20,376 nt of DNA from Promethearchaeota archaeon. GTDB taxonomy: Archaea; Asgardarchaeota; Lokiarchaeia; Sigyniarchaeales; SOKP01. The position numbers were made by a program, and so were the translations under genes. Each line of letters opens with the position of its first letter. Positions within the stretch are counted from its first letter, which is position 1. The notes beneath the pieces were generated by a model, which saw nothing but the letters and a program-made list of their open reading frames with translations, had not been told where the DNA came from and did not search any database. Positions 17,216-20,376 of this stretch are shown piece by piece. Location of the stretch: NCBI GenBank assembly GCA_008080735.1, contig SHMW01000078.1, positions 1 to 20,376 of the forward strand, written 5' to 3'.

Positions 17216-17342
17216 ATTCATCATAAGCTATAAGTTTTAATAATGAATCACAATAAGACGGGTACATAAATAACTATTTTATTTATATTTTAAAATTGGT
17301 TATAAAATCAGATGAATTTGTAGCTCTGTTAAATAATTACAT

Positions 17343-18053
17343 CTAATCTATTAAGGTTGTAAATTTTTCGTACCAAGCCTCAAATTCCATAAAATAATCA
17401 TATCCGCAGACTTTGAAAATGTCATAGCTTTTGAGCCTCTCATTGAGGCTTTTTGCCCCATCTAAGGTTCTTTGATAAGGACCATATGGATTAAATTTAA
17501 TCGTTTCTTCCCTGATGAAGATATAATCGCAAACAAATAATACATCCTCATAGACATAACACGTAAAACCTTCTGTGTGACCATCAATATGAAAGGCGTG
17601 AATTCCATCCAAATTAAAATCAGTTTCGAATAATTTATCAAAATCATATTTATTTGCTATTGAATTATTTGAATCATATTTATGTATCCATAATTCATTA
17701 GAGAAATGGGATTTATATAAATTCGCCGCGGCGATGAAGTGATGATGAGTAAATACATTGATCTTGGATCTTTCCAGACTTTTATCAAAGGTTGAGGGAC
17801 AATCAATCCATATTATACCTTGCGGTGTCTCAATTTTGTAGGCATTATGTTCAAGTCCTAAAGATGGCTCAGAGTTTAAACAATAGACCTTATTATTTAC
17901 CTTAGTTTTCATTACTTTGTATACTTGTGAGCACTCTTCCGCAGTAATGAAATTATCTTGCGAAGCGCCGCAAAACGGACAATTAGCTGGATGATGACCT
18001 ATAATGTTGAAACCGCAAACCTTACACACATATTGTTCTTCGGGATAAATCGT
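17343..18053 (-). CDS. rubredoxin-like domain fused to a degenerate MBL-fold domain (start uncertain)
   Basis: YVCKVCG...CPFCGA, then IDCP, THHHF, GHTEGF and CDY. The open frame extends upstream of the GTG at 18029 to a TAA at 18062-18060. Confidence 0.78.
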   Translation of the reverse strand, partial: TIYPEEQYVCKVCGFNIIGHHPANCPFCGASQDNFITAEECSQVYKVMKTKVNNKVYCLNSEPSLGLEHNAYKIETPQGIIWIDCPSTFDKSLERSKINVFTHHHFIAAANLYKSHFSNELWIHKYDSNNSIANKYDFDKLFETDFNLDGIHAFHIDGHTEGFTCYVYEDVLFVCDYIFIREETIKFNPYGPYQRTLDGAKSLNERLKSYDIFKVCGYDYFMEFEAWYEKFTTLID

Positions 18054-18163
18054 AATTTTTTAATCACATATTCTATTGTTTTTCTTGGAATTTGATAAAT
18101 TAATGGTTTATTCAAAAACTTTCTCTTATAAAATTTAAATGAGATAAAATCAAATAACCTATT

Positions 18164-19447
18164 ATGGAAATAGATATTTCTTCGGATGATTCAGCGTATT
18201 TATATACAATAATCGATAAAATTATTGATGAATGTGGACCTCGTATGCCTTGCAGTGAAGAGGAAGCACAAGCCGCAGACATTATCAAAAGCGAATTGAA
18301 CAAATCATGTGATGAGACCAAAATTGAACCGTTTTCGTGTCATCCCCGCGCATTTTTGGGTTTTATAAAAATTAATGTACTTATGGTCTTTACATCGTTT
18401 CTAATCTTTTTTTTCCAACCACGGGGATATGGCTATTTTGTTTCTCTCCTATTTTCCGTAATCATCTTCTTGTTAAATGCTGTGGCTTTTGTTATCATAT
18501 GGAACGAATTCTTTAATTATAGGGAGTTTATAGACCCACTTTTTAAAAAACGGCAGTCTCAAAATGTCGTGGGAACCATACGGGGAGAAGGAGAAATCCA
18601 AAAAATTATTATCTTCTCCGGTCATCATGATTCTGCACTTCAATTTAATCTTTTGAGATATTTGAAAGTAGGATATGGAATTATAATTTTTCTTGGATTA
18701 GCAATAATGGTGTTTTGGCTTGTATGCTCTCTGTTTTATTTCCTATCCACGCTGTTTAACATTGATGTTTTCCAAATTTTCTTCAATATAGCGATCTGGG
18801 CATTTATCATCGGAATTGTTCCTTTGATTGCCTTGTTTAATTTTGTTTCACCAGGAAAACGTGCCAACAAAGTACCGGGAGCTGTTGATAATTTAAGTGC
18901 TGTATCCATCGTCATTGGGATTGCCAGATATCTTCAAAAACATAAGGAATTAATACCCAATAATACGGAAATAAGGTTAGTCTCATTTGGATGTGAAGAA
19001 GCGGGATTAAGAGGCGCATATCGATATGTTGAAGAGCATGAAAAGGAACTAAAAGATTTAGACGCGGAAAATATTAATATGGATGGAATAATGAGTGAAA
19101 ACGTTATAAAGTTTGTTGAATATGAACCCACCACTCGGACTGAACATTCGGCAGAAGTAGTTCGAAAGTTAGTGGCGGCGGCGGAAAATGTTCAAGTAAA
19201 CGCAGAACCTTTTGGATCAGGAGGAGTGGAGAAATTAATAGGTCAAATAAGTGGAGGAACGGATGCTACAGCATTCTCCAAAGCGGGAATCAAGGCAAGC
19301 ACTATTTCAGCAATGGAATTAAAAAAATTCTTTAAATTTTATCATCAACCAACCGATACACTTAATATGATACAAAAAGGCTCACTCGAAAAAGTCTTGA
19401 AGATTTGCTTGGGATATCTCAAAAGCCAAAAAAAGGAAGATAGTTAA
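18164..19447 (+). CDS. M28 family metallopeptidase with internal TM hairpins
   Basis: SGHHDS, GAVDN, GCEEAGLRG, NMDG, GGTDA and YHQPTDT motifs, with two pairs of hydrophobic segments inserted. Confidence 0.9.
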   Translation: MEIDISSDDSAYLYTIIDKIIDECGPRMPCSEEEAQAADIIKSELNKSCDETKIEPFSCHPRAFLGFIKINVLMVFTSFLIFFFQPRGYGYFVSLLFSVIIFLLNAVAFVIIWNEFFNYREFIDPLFKKRQSQNVVGTIRGEGEIQKIIIFSGHHDSALQFNLLRYLKVGYGIIIFLGLAIMVFWLVCSLFYFLSTLFNIDVFQIFFNIAIWAFIIGIVPLIALFNFVSPGKRANKVPGAVDNLSAVSIVIGIARYLQKHKELIPNNTEIRLVSFGCEEAGLRGAYRYVEEHEKELKDLDAENINMDGIMSENVIKFVEYEPTTRTEHSAEVVRKLVAAAENVQVNAEPFGSGGVEKLIGQISGGTDATAFSKAGIKASTISAMELKKFFKFYHQPTDTLNMIQKGSLEKVLKICLGYLKSQKKEDS

Positions 19448-19463
19448 GAAATTTATTTAGATT

Positions 19464-19679
19464 TTACATTTCAGTTCCAATCATTACATTAGTAGCTTTA
19501 ATTACCGCAAATGCTTTTCCGCCCTCCTTAAGGCCTAAGCGGTCTACGGATTGATTTGTAATGATGGACGTGATTTCGATACCCCCAGGAAGCTCGATGA
19601 TAACTTCAGCATTCACGGCTCCCTTGGTAATTTTTTTAATAGTACCTTCTAATTGATTTCTAGCACTTAATTTCGCCAT
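19464..19679 (-). CDS. mop: molybdate/tungstate-binding Mop (TOBE domain) protein
   Basis: SARNQLEG...GAVNAEV...SIIT..SV..LGL..G...A.IKA signature. Confidence 0.93.
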   Translation of the reverse strand: MAKLSARNQLEGTIKKITKGAVNAEVIIELPGGIEITSIITNQSVDRLGLKEGGKAFAVIKATNVMIGTEM

Positions 19680-19759
19680 GGTTTAAACAATTTATTTGAA
19701 CTATTTAACTATTATTATTTCAGAGTATTAATGAAACTTAAAAATAGCTTATATTTTGT

Positions 19760-20170
19760 CTATTCTTCAATAATAGGAACTATTGCATTGTTTGGACAGG
19801 ATCTGAAGCACTTTAAACAAGCTGAGCAAGTATTTAGATCACTCCCATCAAAAACAATTTTCTCTACTCCTTTATTAAAAGAAAATCTGTTCTGAAAACA
19901 AAAATCATCCTCCGTGCAAGAAAGGCATAAATTGCACCTATCTTGATTGATTTTAAACCCCTTAAGCTTTCCCTCTTCGAGTGAGATAACTTCGACGGCA
20001 CCATGCTCACAAACCTCCATACATTTCAAGCATCCCTTACATTTTGTATAATTTACATATCTCATAGAATCTTTCCAAAAAATTGCTTTGGTCGGACAAG
20101 AATAGGAGCATTTTTGGCACCTTTTGCAGAGATCGGGATTTATACTAATAGGAAATAATTTCTCGGACAT
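19760..20170 (-). CDS. polyferredoxin-like 4Fe-4S protein (four cluster motifs)
   Basis: CKRCQKCSYSCP, CKGCLKCMEVCE, CNLCLSC....C and CSACLKCFRSCP. Confidence 0.9.
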   Translation of the reverse strand: MSEKLFPISINPDLCKRCQKCSYSCPTKAIFWKDSMRYVNYTKCKGCLKCMEVCEHGAVEVISLEEGKLKGFKINQDRCNLCLSCTEDDFCFQNRFSFNKGVEKIVFDGSDLNTCSACLKCFRSCPNNAIVPIIEE

Positions 20171-20278
20171 GTATCAGCGACTATGTTGAATATATTATAT
20201 TTTAAAATAGGAAATAAGAATCATTATTCAAAATAAATAAAGAAATAATAAAAAGATAATTTTTTTGAAATAAAAGCA

Positions 20279-20376
20279 TTAGCGACTATCTTCTTTAGTA
20301 ACTAGCTTTACAAAAAGGATGATTAATATTGTTGGAATGATCCCTAAAAATCCGATTAGATAAATCGATAGTGAAA
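20279..20376 (-). CDS. partial CDS: C-terminal TM segment of a gene starting beyond the window
   Basis: Manual translation gives ...SLSIYLIGFLGIIPTILIILFVKLVTKEDSR*, a hydrophobic helix with a charged tail. Confidence 0.6.
   Translation of the reverse strand, partial: SLSIYLIGFLGIIPTILIILFVKLVTKEDSR

Noticed and set aside
4995-19134. Short antisense or alternate-frame ORFs (4995, 8396, 8690, 9576, 10066, 10240, 10390, 11258, 11346, 13078, 14949, 15051, 15299, 15606, 15996, 16453, 16843, 17462, 18112, 18934)
   Set aside because: All overlap well-supported genes and lack motifs, so they look like shadow ORFs.
1-20376. CRISPR array, transposon or prophage/defence island
   Set aside because: No regularly spaced repeats, terminal inverted repeats, or transposase, integrase or viral hallmark genes were seen.

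Overview
AT-rich archaeal chromosomal window, most consistent with an Asgard archaeon (Lokiarchaeia-like). This is inferred from GGTGA Shine-Dalgarno sites, TATA-like promoters, oligo-T terminators, a BHB-intron tRNA and the gene content. It holds about 25 mostly monocistronic housekeeping or accessory CDSs: PAP2 and DHH phosphoesterases, a methanogenesis marker 9 domain protein, orphan PhnN and LsrF, DtxR and RHH regulators, several Fe-S/rubredoxin redox proteins, hydrolases and Mop. I saw no integrase, transposase or CRISPR array. The most notable items are largely missed by the ORF track: (1) a minus-strand tRNA-His(GUG) split by two non-canonical introns (22/23 and 59/60) with BHB-type motifs; (2) an SDR gene whose start codon is out of frame across an A10 run; (3) two paralogous proteins sharing a CxxC...C-x(1-2)-H...RGY N-terminal module, one with a possible DENN-like body; (4) an uncalled rubredoxin and a 50-aa small ORF.
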